From positions 35,128-99,127 of the forward strand of contig CAZOYD010000003.1 of assembly GCA_964583985.1 (NCBI GenBank): DNA of 64,000 nt. Direction: 5' to 3'. The translations under genes and the position numbers were made by a program. Shown here one piece after another: positions 20,233-30,388 of this stretch. This stretch comes from an uncultured archaeon (lineage in GTDB: Archaea; Asgardarchaeota; Lokiarchaeia; Sigyniarchaeales; SOKP01). The notes below the pieces were generated by a model. The model did no database searches, was not told the DNA's origin, and saw only the letters and a program-made list of their open reading frames with translations. How positions within the stretch are numbered: the stretch's first letter is position 1; each line of letters begins with the position of its first letter.

Positions 20233-20948
20233 TGGATCCAATTATAAGTCTGAAAAATATTCAAGTAGGGTATCAAAATACCATCGCACTTAATAATATT
20301 AATTTGGATATTTTTCAAGGAGAATATATTGGCATTTTTGGACCAAATGGTTCGGGCAAAACCTCTTTATTAAATACAATACTAGGATTGAAAAAACCAA
20401 TTAAAGGTACAGTGAAATTATTTAATTCAGATAATTTAAAAAAAATGAGGGTCAATATTGGCTATGTACCTCAAAATCCAAAGGCTAAAAAAACTTTTCC
20501 AGCCTCAGTTGGTGAGGTTGTTGAAATGGGATTATATGGGAAAATTGGATTTTTAAAACCTCTAAGAATTGAAGATGAAAGACAAGCTGAAAAAGCTTTG
20601 CACGATGTTCACATGGGAAAGTTCAAGAATCGACCAATTGGGCATTTATCTGGAGGAGAATTGCAAAAAGTTATGGTGGCACGAGCTTTAGTTTCTGAAC
20701 CGAAAGTAATTCTTTTAGATGAACCAACAAGTGCTTTGGATTTTTTGATGGTGAAAGAGTTAATGGAACTACTTACTGAATTAAATGAAAAATTCAATAT
20801 TACAATCATAGTTATTAATCATCATTTAGATTTATTGACTCCATATTGTTCAAGATTATTGTTAATGGACGGTACTATTGTATTTGATGGAAATCCGAAT
20901 GATAAGAAAGTAAAAGAAATAATAGATGAAATATTTATTAAACATTAA
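20232..20948 (+). CDS. Zn/Mn ABC transporter ATP-binding protein
   Basis: GPNGSGKT, LSGGE and LLDEP. Likely start is ATG 20232, overlapping the upstream stop (the track starts at 20109). Confidence 0.9.
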   Translation: MDPIISLKNIQVGYQNTIALNNINLDIFQGEYIGIFGPNGSGKTSLLNTILGLKKPIKGTVKLFNSDNLKKMRVNIGYVPQNPKAKKTFPASVGEVVEMGLYGKIGFLKPLRIEDERQAEKALHDVHMGKFKNRPIGHLSGGELQKVMVARALVSEPKVILLDEPTSALDFLMVKELMELLTELNEKFNITIIVINHHLDLLTPYCSRLLLMDGTIVFDGNPNDKKVKEIIDEIFIKH

Positions 20949-20977
20949 TAAAAATATGAATTTTTAACTATAAAATC

Positions 20978-21406
20978 ATGATGGATTTGGATTACAAGGT
21001 CATAAAATTAATTTTTCGTTTAGAAGAACCAGTTAAAATTAGTCATCTCTCAAAAAAAATGGTAATCGCACACTCAACGCTAGGTAGTTGTATTAAAAGA
21101 CTAAAAAATGAAGGTTATGTGAATTACGAAGCTTATCATGAAGTCAAGTTGACATCTAAGGGGAATAATTTAGCAAAAGAACTAATTAGGCATGCTAGAC
21201 TTATTGAAATCCTATTATATTCTGAATTAGGAGTAAAACCAGAACTTGCACATAAAGAAAGCGAAAAATTAAATCTACTGTTGTCGTGTGAGACTATAAA
21301 TAAAATTTGTAAGAAATATGGACATCCCAAAAGATGCCCTTGTGGTGAAGAGATATTAAGTTCAAGTCATTGCCTATGTGAAGATGAGGTAGGAAACAAA
21401 GCTTAA
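20978..21406 (+). CDS. DtxR/MntR-family metal-dependent transcriptional regulator
   Basis: wHTH followed by LTSKG...ELIRHARLIE...AHKESEKL...GHPKRCPCG. Confidence 0.88.
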   Translation: MMDLDYKVIKLIFRLEEPVKISHLSKKMVIAHSTLGSCIKRLKNEGYVNYEAYHEVKLTSKGNNLAKELIRHARLIEILLYSELGVKPELAHKESEKLNLLLSCETINKICKKYGHPKRCPCGEEILSSSHCLCEDEVGNKA

Positions 21407-21440
21407 AAAGTTAAATTATTTTAAATTTCCCTTTGAACGT

Positions 21441-21689
21441 TTAAGGCTCGAAGGATCTATTATGAATCACTTTATCAATTGCTTCTAGGCAAGCTTCATC
21501 CCAATCATCATTTGGTGATATATCCTTGCAACAATCTGGACACCAATCATCTGGATATGCATCATCCCGATCCTCAAATTCAATATCTCCATTTAAAGTT
21601 CCCCCACAATATAAACATGATCCTTCTTCATACCGTTCTAAAATTTCAAGAATTAACTCAATTTTCTTCTTATTATTCATGTTAATCAT
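21441..21689 (-). CDS. Small acidic CxxC zinc-binding hypothetical protein
   Basis: CLYC and CPDC motifs; Asp/Glu-rich. Confidence 0.55.
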   Translation of the reverse strand: MINMNNKKKIELILEILERYEEGSCLYCGGTLNGDIEFEDRDDAYPDDWCPDCCKDISPNDDWDEACLEAIDKVIHNRSFEP

Positions 21690-21729
21690 AATTGATATAT
21701 GTTTTAAATTAAAAAATTAAAAAAAAAAA

Positions 21730-22764
21730 TTATTTTAGGAATTTTGCTGCATTCGCTAGATTAATTTCTGCACCTTTAATGATATCTTCAAAAATATCTT
21801 TAACGCTTTCTATTGAATTAATAATACCAATGCTTTGACCTAATAAAACAGCTCCATCTACAATGTCTCCCCCATATACCATTTCATAATGCTTCTGATC
21901 CGCTAAGGCTTTTTCTGGAGTTAACATTTCTTCTTCAGCTAATTTTTCTTCCTTGCTTGAGACCACACCATGATGAAGTGAATAATTATTTTTCCAAAGA
22001 CGTATTGGACCTAAAACACCAGTCACATATCTGGTATCTTGAGCTTTAGCTGGTGGAATAATGTTTTTATAATTTTCATGGAATTCACTTTCTTTTGCAG
22101 CAATAAATCTTGAACCCATCGCTATCCCTCCCGCACCCATTGCTAAAGCTGCAGCCAATCCTTCTCCCGTCGCAAAACCTCCACAAGCAATAACTGGAGC
22201 TTTGGGGAAGTTCTTTCTCACTTGTTGTAATAAGACTAAGGTGCTTATCTTCTCATAGGATTGATGACCACCACCTTCCCATCCTGTAGCGACCATTCCA
22301 TCTACTCCTGCTGCTTGGCATTTTCCAGCTAACCATAATGAAGGAGCGACATGAAAATGCTTGATTTGAGAACCGCTCTCCTTTAGCTTCTGGAATGAAG
22401 CATTTTGAATCATTTTAGGAGTTCCAGCACTCGTGACTACATAGACGCATTGATCTCTCAATTTGGGATTATCTCGAATGAATCTTGGAATTGCTCGACA
22501 TAATGAAGGGGCATCTACCTGTAATCTAGACGTCCTGATATTGAATCCAAATGGTTTATCCGTATGTTCAATTACATATTCCATGTTTTTCTTCATTTCC
22601 GCCAAACTACTCTTTCCAAACAAGTTAGTATGACTTAATACGCCTAGACCTCCTGCTTCTGAAACTGCAACAGTGAGTTCTGTAGTGTAGAATGGACCCA
22701 TAGGAGCAGCAATAATTGGATGTTTAATTCCAAACATTTTTGTTATGTTAGTTTCTAAAACCAC
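21730..22764 (-). CDS. Nitronate monooxygenase / FabK-like FMN-dependent oxidoreductase
   Basis: HPIIAAPM, AVSEAGGLG, EGGGH, IACGG and MGSRF motifs. Confidence 0.88.
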   Translation of the reverse strand: MVLETNITKMFGIKHPIIAAPMGPFYTTELTVAVSEAGGLGVLSHTNLFGKSSLAEMKKNMEYVIEHTDKPFGFNIRTSRLQVDAPSLCRAIPRFIRDNPKLRDQCVYVVTSAGTPKMIQNASFQKLKESGSQIKHFHVAPSLWLAGKCQAAGVDGMVATGWEGGGHQSYEKISTLVLLQQVRKNFPKAPVIACGGFATGEGLAAALAMGAGGIAMGSRFIAAKESEFHENYKNIIPPAKAQDTRYVTGVLGPIRLWKNNYSLHHGVVSSKEEKLAEEEMLTPEKALADQKHYEMVYGGDIVDGAVLLGQSIGIINSIESVKDIFEDIIKGAEINLANAAKFLK

Positions 22765-22951
22765 GATTTTTTACCCTTTTACCCTTATATTTAAAAATTT
22801 CTTAATATACTAATATTCGTAGTATTGAATTTAAAGGTTAATTTAGTTTAAATACTAAAATTTGTATAATAGCAAATTATCTAAAAGAAACCAAAAATGT
22901 TATAAAATTATATAGATATAAAAAACTCTTCAAATTATTCAAAAGATTATC

Positions 22952-23917
22952 ATGAAATATCCCAACATTATCAGCATAGGAGAATTATTAGTAGAGATTA
23001 TGCGGACAGAAGTTGATATTCCTCATGGTGCCTCAGCAGAACTATATCGTGGACCATTTCCAAGTGGTGCTCCTGCTATTTTCATAGATTCTGCAGCTCG
23101 TATGTCCAAGCAATTCAATTTAACAACGGGATTTATAGGAGTCAAAGGTTCAGACGAATTTGGTGATTGTATTATTTCAAAATTAGAATTCGATGGCGTG
23201 GATGTTTCTCAGATAAGAACCTCAAATGATAAAACAACGGGAATTGCTTTCAATCAATATAACAGTGATGGATCCCGCAAGTTCATCTTCGTTGCTGGAG
23301 CAGCTGGCGAAACATGTCAAGACGATGTAGACGAAGAATATTTTTCAAATATAAGAGCTCTCCATATTATGGGTAGTTCTCTTTCAATAAGCGAAACTTC
23401 AAGAGAAGCTTGTTATAAGGCTATTAGAATAACTCGGAAAGTAAATCCGAAAGCAATTATTTCATTTGATCCTAACCTTAGACCTGAAATGCTTGATATT
23501 AACACCATTTTAAAAATTTCTGAACCTGTTTTAGATGAAACTAATATTTTATTACCCAGTGGAGAAGAAGCTGAAATGTTAGCAGGAGTTGAAGGTGAAA
23601 AAGCTGCTTGTTTAAAATTATTGGAGAAAAACCCCGCTATTGTAGTATTAAAACAAGGAAAAAGAGGTGCTTCAGCCTTTATCGAAGATCAAGAGACGGA
23701 AATTCACGTTCCTGCATTTAATGTTGATGAGATAGATCCTACTGGAGCAGGAGATTCATTTGGAGGTGCTTTTATTGTGGGATATTTACAAGGATGGAAT
23801 TTAGAACACGTTTTAAAGTTTGCTAATGCAAGTGGTGCTTTAAAAGTGAATCATTTCGGTCCAATGAGTGATAACTCGTATTCTGATACTATTAACTTTT
23901 TAGAACAATCTCGATAA
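22952..23917 (+). CDS. PfkB-family carbohydrate kinase
   Basis: SFDPNLR and DPTGAGDSF signatures. Confidence 0.9.
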   Translation: MKYPNIISIGELLVEIMRTEVDIPHGASAELYRGPFPSGAPAIFIDSAARMSKQFNLTTGFIGVKGSDEFGDCIISKLEFDGVDVSQIRTSNDKTTGIAFNQYNSDGSRKFIFVAGAAGETCQDDVDEEYFSNIRALHIMGSSLSISETSREACYKAIRITRKVNPKAIISFDPNLRPEMLDINTILKISEPVLDETNILLPSGEEAEMLAGVEGEKAACLKLLEKNPAIVVLKQGKRGASAFIEDQETEIHVPAFNVDEIDPTGAGDSFGGAFIVGYLQGWNLEHVLKFANASGALKVNHFGPMSDNSYSDTINFLEQSR

Positions 23918-23927
23918 TTTAATTTAT

Positions 23928-25934
23928 TCATTTCAAATGTAAGGAATAGACATCTACTTTGCTGATTTGATTTTTTAAAATAGATATATAACGAAAACCG
24001 GGGGGTTTAAATTCATAACTGGCTGAAAGTGGACCAAGAGCTTGTGTTTGAAAGATAAAAGGTTTATTAACATCAAACCAAATCTGTAGATTTTTTGCAT
24101 CCTCACTTGTTTTGAGAATCTTTCTATAGCATGAAGTATAAATTTCACTAGGAACAGTGATATAGAATGGGAGTAACCAAAATCCGTGATTTATCATTTC
24201 AGTATCTTGAGCTTCCTTTAACCTATATTCTTTTAATGTATGTGTATGACCACATAAAACCATGCTTATCTTTCTCCGTATCACCTCATCTGAACCTGTA
24301 ATTATTTTCAAAAAAGTAGCCCAATGATACATGACTGTCTGGTACTTGAAATTAAGAAGTTTATCAACTCTTCCTGTATCGTTATACTTCTGTAATTTTT
24401 CTTCAAAAAAGTCAGACCATTCAATTTCTCTATTCTTGATGTTTAGTTTCTTCTTGTAAATCCGCTTTTTATGAGAACTAATATTGGGTGAAATTGGTGG
24501 AGCATGCATTATAATGATGATTTTTTCATCATGTGATAATTGGATATATGATCGCAAGAGATCAAGTTGAAATTCTTTGAATCCTTTTGTACTAGGACCT
24601 CCCTTCAATAGATCGTGGATATCAGCAATAGAATCATGACCTGTATCTAAAAAGATAAAATTGAAATATTCCCCAATTTTAAGGTTATAATTCAGATTTG
24701 GATTTATAAATCTTAAATAATCTTTAAGAGTTTTGTCCTTGGAATAAAATGCAATGAAATAATCTGACAATTTGATGTCATCATACCCATTTATATCTGA
24801 ACGAGTTAATCCAAATTTATTATAAAATTTCAAAAAACGTAATCCATAATGTCCCCAATGATAATCATGATTTCCAACTATGGTGAAAATTGGAACTAAA
24901 ATTTCTCTTTTGTTGATAAACTCATCATCTTTTCCCAAGTAGGGCGGTTTATCTAATCCCTTATTAAGTCCAAGAATAATGTCAACAAAAACTTCGAAAT
25001 TATTCTTATAGGAGTTATTATCTTTTGCAATTTTTACATAATCAACAATATCTCCAGAAAAAATTACAAAATCACATTCATCAATTGAGGATTTATGATT
25101 AACAAAACTTATTAATTTCCTTAGTGAATAATTAAAATTATATTTCGCCTTTCTCAGATTTTCATATCGATCCTCTTGAAATTCTTCCTTAAAGTCAAAA
25201 TCACGATCTAAGACGAATTTATCGACCTTCTTAAGTTTTTTTTCATTATTCTTGCATCGAGCTATTTCTTTTCTTTTCTTTTCTTTAATAAAACTAATAA
25301 TAAAGTCATTTCTACGCGCAATATGAAGGTCGGTGGCATGTATAAACTTAAAATTTGTCCAATCTTTATTAAAAATGGCTATACTATGATAATTAATCTT
25401 CGATTCGTTCGTATTTGGAATATTATGAACGATATCGAATAGTATGATTTTTTTTTTTATTTTTTCGAAAATCTGAATGATATTATTTATGATTGGATAT
25501 GGAATTTCAAATTTAATTTCATAAAGTGCCTCTCTTTTTCCATAAATGCCCTTTATGTTTAATGCTGTTTTGTATATATCCAATTCGTTGCATTTTGCTT
25601 CAGTTAATAATGGTTGCTTTTCTAAATCATCTTTATCAATTTTTTTTATTTCAATGGCTCTTAATGGATATTTCTCACCCCTTCTTTCTGAGAAATTGCC
25701 AGTATCTTTCAAAACAGGTTGAATAAATAAATTCGAATGAAATTGTTCTAATATGCGTTCGATAGAATGAGTCTTCATTGTAACAACTAATGTACTAAAA
25801 GTGATTTTTTCTTCATAAGAAATGGCATTACCAATAAAATCTCTAAGATTCAGTAATGTAGGTTGCCCAATATTTGGCTTAATGATGATTGGGAATGTTC
25901 CTTGAGATATATCAAAAAATGTATTAATTTCCAT
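23928..25934 (-). CDS. Large calcineurin-like metallophosphoesterase
   Basis: TDLH, GDIVD, GNHD, MH and GHTH motifs are intact. Confidence 0.8.
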   Translation of the reverse strand: MEINTFFDISQGTFPIIIKPNIGQPTLLNLRDFIGNAISYEEKITFSTLVVTMKTHSIERILEQFHSNLFIQPVLKDTGNFSERRGEKYPLRAIEIKKIDKDDLEKQPLLTEAKCNELDIYKTALNIKGIYGKREALYEIKFEIPYPIINNIIQIFEKIKKKIILFDIVHNIPNTNESKINYHSIAIFNKDWTNFKFIHATDLHIARRNDFIISFIKEKKRKEIARCKNNEKKLKKVDKFVLDRDFDFKEEFQEDRYENLRKAKYNFNYSLRKLISFVNHKSSIDECDFVIFSGDIVDYVKIAKDNNSYKNNFEVFVDIILGLNKGLDKPPYLGKDDEFINKREILVPIFTIVGNHDYHWGHYGLRFLKFYNKFGLTRSDINGYDDIKLSDYFIAFYSKDKTLKDYLRFINPNLNYNLKIGEYFNFIFLDTGHDSIADIHDLLKGGPSTKGFKEFQLDLLRSYIQLSHDEKIIIIMHAPPISPNISSHKKRIYKKKLNIKNREIEWSDFFEEKLQKYNDTGRVDKLLNFKYQTVMYHWATFLKIITGSDEVIRRKISMVLCGHTHTLKEYRLKEAQDTEMINHGFWLLPFYITVPSEIYTSCYRKILKTSEDAKNLQIWFDVNKPFIFQTQALGPLSASYEFKPPGFRYISILKNQISKVDVYSLHLK

Positions 25935-26043
25935 AAAGTGAAATATTCTCTTTTTCGTTAATATAATTTGAATTTTTTAGTTAAAGTAATTTATTGTTTA
26001 AACCTATCAATCATATCCATTATAGATTATTAAATGAATTGAC

Positions 26044-27531
26044 ATGGAAAAATTATATCTACCAGACTTCACGTGTATTTTTGGTCCTAAATTTGCCAAT
26101 CCATTTCTTTTTAAACAAGTAGATACGATGGTTTGGCCAATTATAAACGATATTAAAGCCTCGAAATCTTTAATAACTTTTTTAGAACTTAAAAATTTGC
26201 AAGATAGACAATATTTCTATCATCGTAAAATCAGTTTAGACGATCTCAGAGTTGAATTAAACTGTAGCGGTATAGAAAAAGCACTCATACAAGGAATGAA
26301 TTTAGGACGAGAATATGGAATTGATAATTCGGACGTTTTAAACATGGTTAAACAAGATTCCAATTTATTTTCAGGAATTTTATCTTTTGATTTATCAAAA
26401 TCATCCTCAAATTCAGAAGTGATACCCGAAATAAGGAAAATTTCATCTCAAATTCCAATTTGTGGAATCGCTCTTTATCCCTCCTTCACCAAGCAAGATC
26501 TAAATGAAAGTAATAACCATGTTTTTAACTCCATAATAACATATTGCCTTGAAAATGGTTTTTTCATCAAAATTGATATTGGGAACTCATTTCTACCAGA
26601 GAATTTTCCAGAGTATACTTCCTTTGAATCGTTAAAAGAATTCCTTTCCAATAATCAAGCCATTCCCGTTGTTTTGAGTGGATTAGATGTGTCCAGTGAT
26701 TTTTCATCATATTATCAACTATTAAAGTATTATAACAATGTATGGATTGAACTGGACCCTCGTTCATTTGGTGGAATGACACCTAAGGATGCATTTCTTC
26801 AGATTTTTAATATAAAGGGATTTATTCAAAATTCTTGGCATAGAATAATGATTGGAAGCGCTACTCCTACTCTTGAATCTTCCCAGATGGTGCGAGGATT
26901 TTTAGAAGCTACTGAGGAACTTCCTTTTGCTCAGAAATGCGTATTAAGAACTTGGGCATTCCGAAATGTAAATCGATTGAACGAATCTGTGTTTAAACCA
27001 ACAAGAGACATTAAATTGAACTTATTTAATCCTGTTATTAACCATAAAATTATTCAAACGGATGAAAATAGCTGTGAAGTAAATATTACTCATGAAATCA
27101 CGCTTCGAAGTTATAGCATTACTCAATTAATATTTTTAACGAATTTAATTAAGAAAATTTATACAGAAACCAAACAAAATTACCCAGACTTGAAAAATGG
27201 AGAACTATTTTTGAGATCATATCATACTACGATTAGTTTTATTATCAATGAACATGAATATGGAAATTATCTTGATTTACACTATCATTTTGTAGAGATC
27301 TCTAAAAAAGAAAGTTCTCGATTTTTGCATACTGTACGTGCTTTGGAAAATCGTGCAGATTTCAATCATTATGATCACGAATTAGCATCAACATTTGGTT
27401 CAAGAGATTTAACAATTCCAATTTTAAATGATAAATTGGCAATAGGAAGTCGTGAGAATTTCTATGTAATAGCTACTTTTGGTCCAAGATCATTTAAAAT
27501 CCTGATCAATATAAAACTTAGAAAAAAGTAA
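26044..27531 (+). CDS. Amidohydrolase-fold domain fused to a YjbQ/UPF0047 domain
   Basis: N-terminal part resembles an Amidohydro_2 barrel (GIALYP, NVWIEL, RIMIGS). C-terminal HTT.SFIINE...H...TIPI...L.IG...GPR is the YjbQ pattern. Confidence 0.65.
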   Translation: MEKLYLPDFTCIFGPKFANPFLFKQVDTMVWPIINDIKASKSLITFLELKNLQDRQYFYHRKISLDDLRVELNCSGIEKALIQGMNLGREYGIDNSDVLNMVKQDSNLFSGILSFDLSKSSSNSEVIPEIRKISSQIPICGIALYPSFTKQDLNESNNHVFNSIITYCLENGFFIKIDIGNSFLPENFPEYTSFESLKEFLSNNQAIPVVLSGLDVSSDFSSYYQLLKYYNNVWIELDPRSFGGMTPKDAFLQIFNIKGFIQNSWHRIMIGSATPTLESSQMVRGFLEATEELPFAQKCVLRTWAFRNVNRLNESVFKPTRDIKLNLFNPVINHKIIQTDENSCEVNITHEITLRSYSITQLIFLTNLIKKIYTETKQNYPDLKNGELFLRSYHTTISFIINEHEYGNYLDLHYHFVEISKKESSRFLHTVRALENRADFNHYDHELASTFGSRDLTIPILNDKLAIGSRENFYVIATFGPRSFKILINIKLRKK

Positions 27532-27535
27532 AAAT

Positions 27536-28477
27536 ATGTCTTCTATAAGTTCTGGAAGTAACATAAAGGTAAGGACTTTGGAGTTTTGTTCTAAAATAAA
27601 AATAAATTCACCAGAAATTTTTAAAGAAAAACGTCGTTTTTCAGAACTAATTGCACAATTTATTCAACAAGAATATGATCTAATTCCTTCTAAAGAAAGA
27701 ATCGGAAAAGGAGTTGTTTATATTTCAAAACATATAGTGAAAGCACTTTTTCAATATTTGGGGGAAAATTCTCTCTATAAAATAGAGGATTATTATGAGC
27801 TTGGGAAGATAGCTTTTGATTCGGGGGAAATGAATGGAAATTCACGATTACAACATTTTGCTCTAATATTTCTTGCAGAATATGTATTTAATTATCCCGA
27901 ACAATTTGATTCTATTCTAAAAGATGTCTTATATTATGCCACTAATGAAAATTGGGAGATTAGAGAAACTACAGTTTTCATTATTAATTTAGGTATGAGA
28001 AAAATGCCTGATCACTTGTTAAATGTTTTATCTCGTTTAATTTAGGATAAAAATGAAAACATCAGAAGGTTAGTTGCTGAAAGCCTTAGACCAAGTTCAT
28101 CTTTAAAATGGTTAAGAAATCCCAATAAAAATGATCGAATTCTTGAGATACTAACTTCTCTAAATAACGATCCATCCATTTATGTTAGAAAATCTGTAGG
28201 AAACAATCTTAAAGATTTATCAAAATATATGCCTGATAAAGTATTAAAATTAATGATGGATTGGATAGAACGTTCCAATATAAAAGTTCATGATGAGTTG
28301 GCATCAGAAAATGATTTGGATAAAAACCAAAAACGATTATTATGGACAATAAAATATGCTCTAAGATGGTTACAAGAAAAAAATCCAGAATTTCATCCTA
28401 AAATTAAATAAATCCTAGGAGAAAATTATATTTTATATTTTGATGAAAAAAAGAATAGATTTGCGAAGCCTTTTTAA
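27536..28477 (+). pseudogene. HEAT-repeat DNA alkylation repair (AlkC/AlkD-like) gene interrupted by in-frame stops
   Basis: Reading through TAG 28043-28045 gives DKNENIRRLVAESLRP...DPSIYVRKSVGNNLKDLSK in frame with the 28229 ORF. A TAA at 28409-28411 is followed by 21 more sense codons to TAA 28475-28477. Confidence 0.7.
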
Positions 28478-28872
28478 AATTGATATAATCTGGATGAAAT
28501 TTATAAATTCTAAGACCTTGTTCTTAAATCAGAATTAACATGGACTAAATTTTTTAAATTCAAGCTCAGACTAATAAATTATATTTTTATGAAAAAAAAC
28601 TTTCAAAATGTAACTCCTTTATAAATTTATGTGTCAATAACCCTTCCATTTTCAGCAATACTGAAGAAAACTTAAAAGTTTAAATATTTAAAAAGGGTAT
28701 AAATCATAAGGAATTTTCTAGATGGTTGAAATGGTATTTTATTTATGTCAATATTTATTTGAGCAAATTCATCTCATTAATTCCTATATAGACAAAAATT
28801 AACTTTTAATAGTTAAACTTGATTTTTAACTAGCTAAAAATAAAATAAATTCAAGATCCAAAATCCTAGACT

Positions 28873-30345
28873 ATGCCGAACTCAGACGAATTAGAAGAGG
28901 AAAAAACGGAGAAATCTGAAAACAAGTCAGAAAAGGATATTACTAGAGTTGATAAGGAATTTTTATCGAAAGCAAAGGATTCTAGAGACATAATTGATAA
29001 AAAATTACGAACATTTGAAGATAGTATTGAAAATATTGCTGATACGATAAAAAATGGAAAATCAAATGAAGAAAGAAAGGATTCTGATAAAAAAGATGAA
29101 ATGGAGATTTCTCAAGAATTAATTGAAGCGAAAGAAAACCTTGAGGCTGTTAAGAAAAGGGTTGATGATAAAGTAGAGTATTTAGCAGCTCTTCAAGAGG
29201 AAATTAATAATTTACAGCAGAAATATAATCGAAACACTGAAGAATTGCAAAATTTAGAAGAACGCATAGAATTAACTGAAGAAAGTAAAGATAAAATGGA
29301 AAATGAATACCAAGAACTCTTAAAAAGTAATGAACAGCTTGTAAAATCTTATGAAGCCCGACAAGTCGATTTAATTGTATTAACAGATAGCGTTAAAGAA
29401 AAGGTTTCATTACAAGAGGAACTTAGAACTAAAATAGCCAAACAAAAACAAACTATCCAAGATAATGAATATTTACTTGATAAACAAAGAGAGGACGCAA
29501 TTTCATTAGAAAAGAAAATTAAAAGCCAAACAGCTGAAAACGAAACGCTTAAAGTTTCCATTGAAAAGAATAAATTTGAATTAGATCATTCTAACAAAGA
29601 AATTGAAGCAAAGGATGAAGAAAAGAAAAATTTAAACGAGCAAATTGATAAAAAAGAACAAAGACTTAGAACTATCGAAAAACAAATAGAAGACTATAAA
29701 CAAGGATTTCCCGAGATGGAAAAACAGACTACAACTTACGAAGAACTCCTTGCTAAATATAAGGTCCAACTATCTGAAAAACAACAAGATTTGATAACAT
29801 TAGAATCCCGTATTCAAGAATTGAATGATACTTTTATATCAATTCAAGAACTAATTGCAAACAAAGAAAATTTACTTGAAGCAAATGAAAAACGGTTACA
29901 AGATATTAAACAAAACATTGAATCTACTAACTCAGAATATATTGAACGTGAGGAACGATTAAATTCTTTAACAGAAAAACTGCAGTATATGCAAAACGAT
30001 CATGATAAACTGATAAAAGCAAAGGAAATTATTGATGAAAGTACAAATGCTTCTAGAGCTGTATTACAAAAATTAAAAGTGGATCTAGACAATCAAGAAA
30101 ATGAAATTAGAGATAAAGAAAGTAGGATTCATAGATTAGAATTATTATCCACAATTTATAGGATTTCTAAATATTTTGGAGGGATTTTAATTGCAATGGG
30201 TATTTTATTCGTCATATTAAGTTTTGGATATCTGACAAATATCATTGATTTTGGAGATTTAAATTCTCCAATCCTTGGAGCTATTTTATTAATTGGAGCT
30301 ATTTTTGCATTAGCCTCAGGTATTTTTCATTTAGAAAAATCCTAA
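28873..30345 (+). CDS. Long coiled-coil protein with two C-terminal transmembrane helices
   Basis: About 350 aa of E/K/Q-rich heptads, then a hydrophobic hairpin at the C-terminus. No Walker motifs. Confidence 0.75.
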   Translation: MPNSDELEEEKTEKSENKSEKDITRVDKEFLSKAKDSRDIIDKKLRTFEDSIENIADTIKNGKSNEERKDSDKKDEMEISQELIEAKENLEAVKKRVDDKVEYLAALQEEINNLQQKYNRNTEELQNLEERIELTEESKDKMENEYQELLKSNEQLVKSYEARQVDLIVLTDSVKEKVSLQEELRTKIAKQKQTIQDNEYLLDKQREDAISLEKKIKSQTAENETLKVSIEKNKFELDHSNKEIEAKDEEKKNLNEQIDKKEQRLRTIEKQIEDYKQGFPEMEKQTTTYEELLAKYKVQLSEKQQDLITLESRIQELNDTFISIQELIANKENLLEANEKRLQDIKQNIESTNSEYIEREERLNSLTEKLQYMQNDHDKLIKAKEIIDESTNASRAVLQKLKVDLDNQENEIRDKESRIHRLELLSTIYRISKYFGGILIAMGILFVILSFGYLTNIIDFGDLNSPILGAILLIGAIFALASGIFHLEKS

Positions 30346-30388
30346 TTTTAAAATTATCTATATCAATTTAATAATTATTAGAAATAAG

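Noticed and set aside
28873-30345. Coiled-coil protein as SMC/Rad50
   Set aside because: No Walker A/B, signature or hinge motifs.
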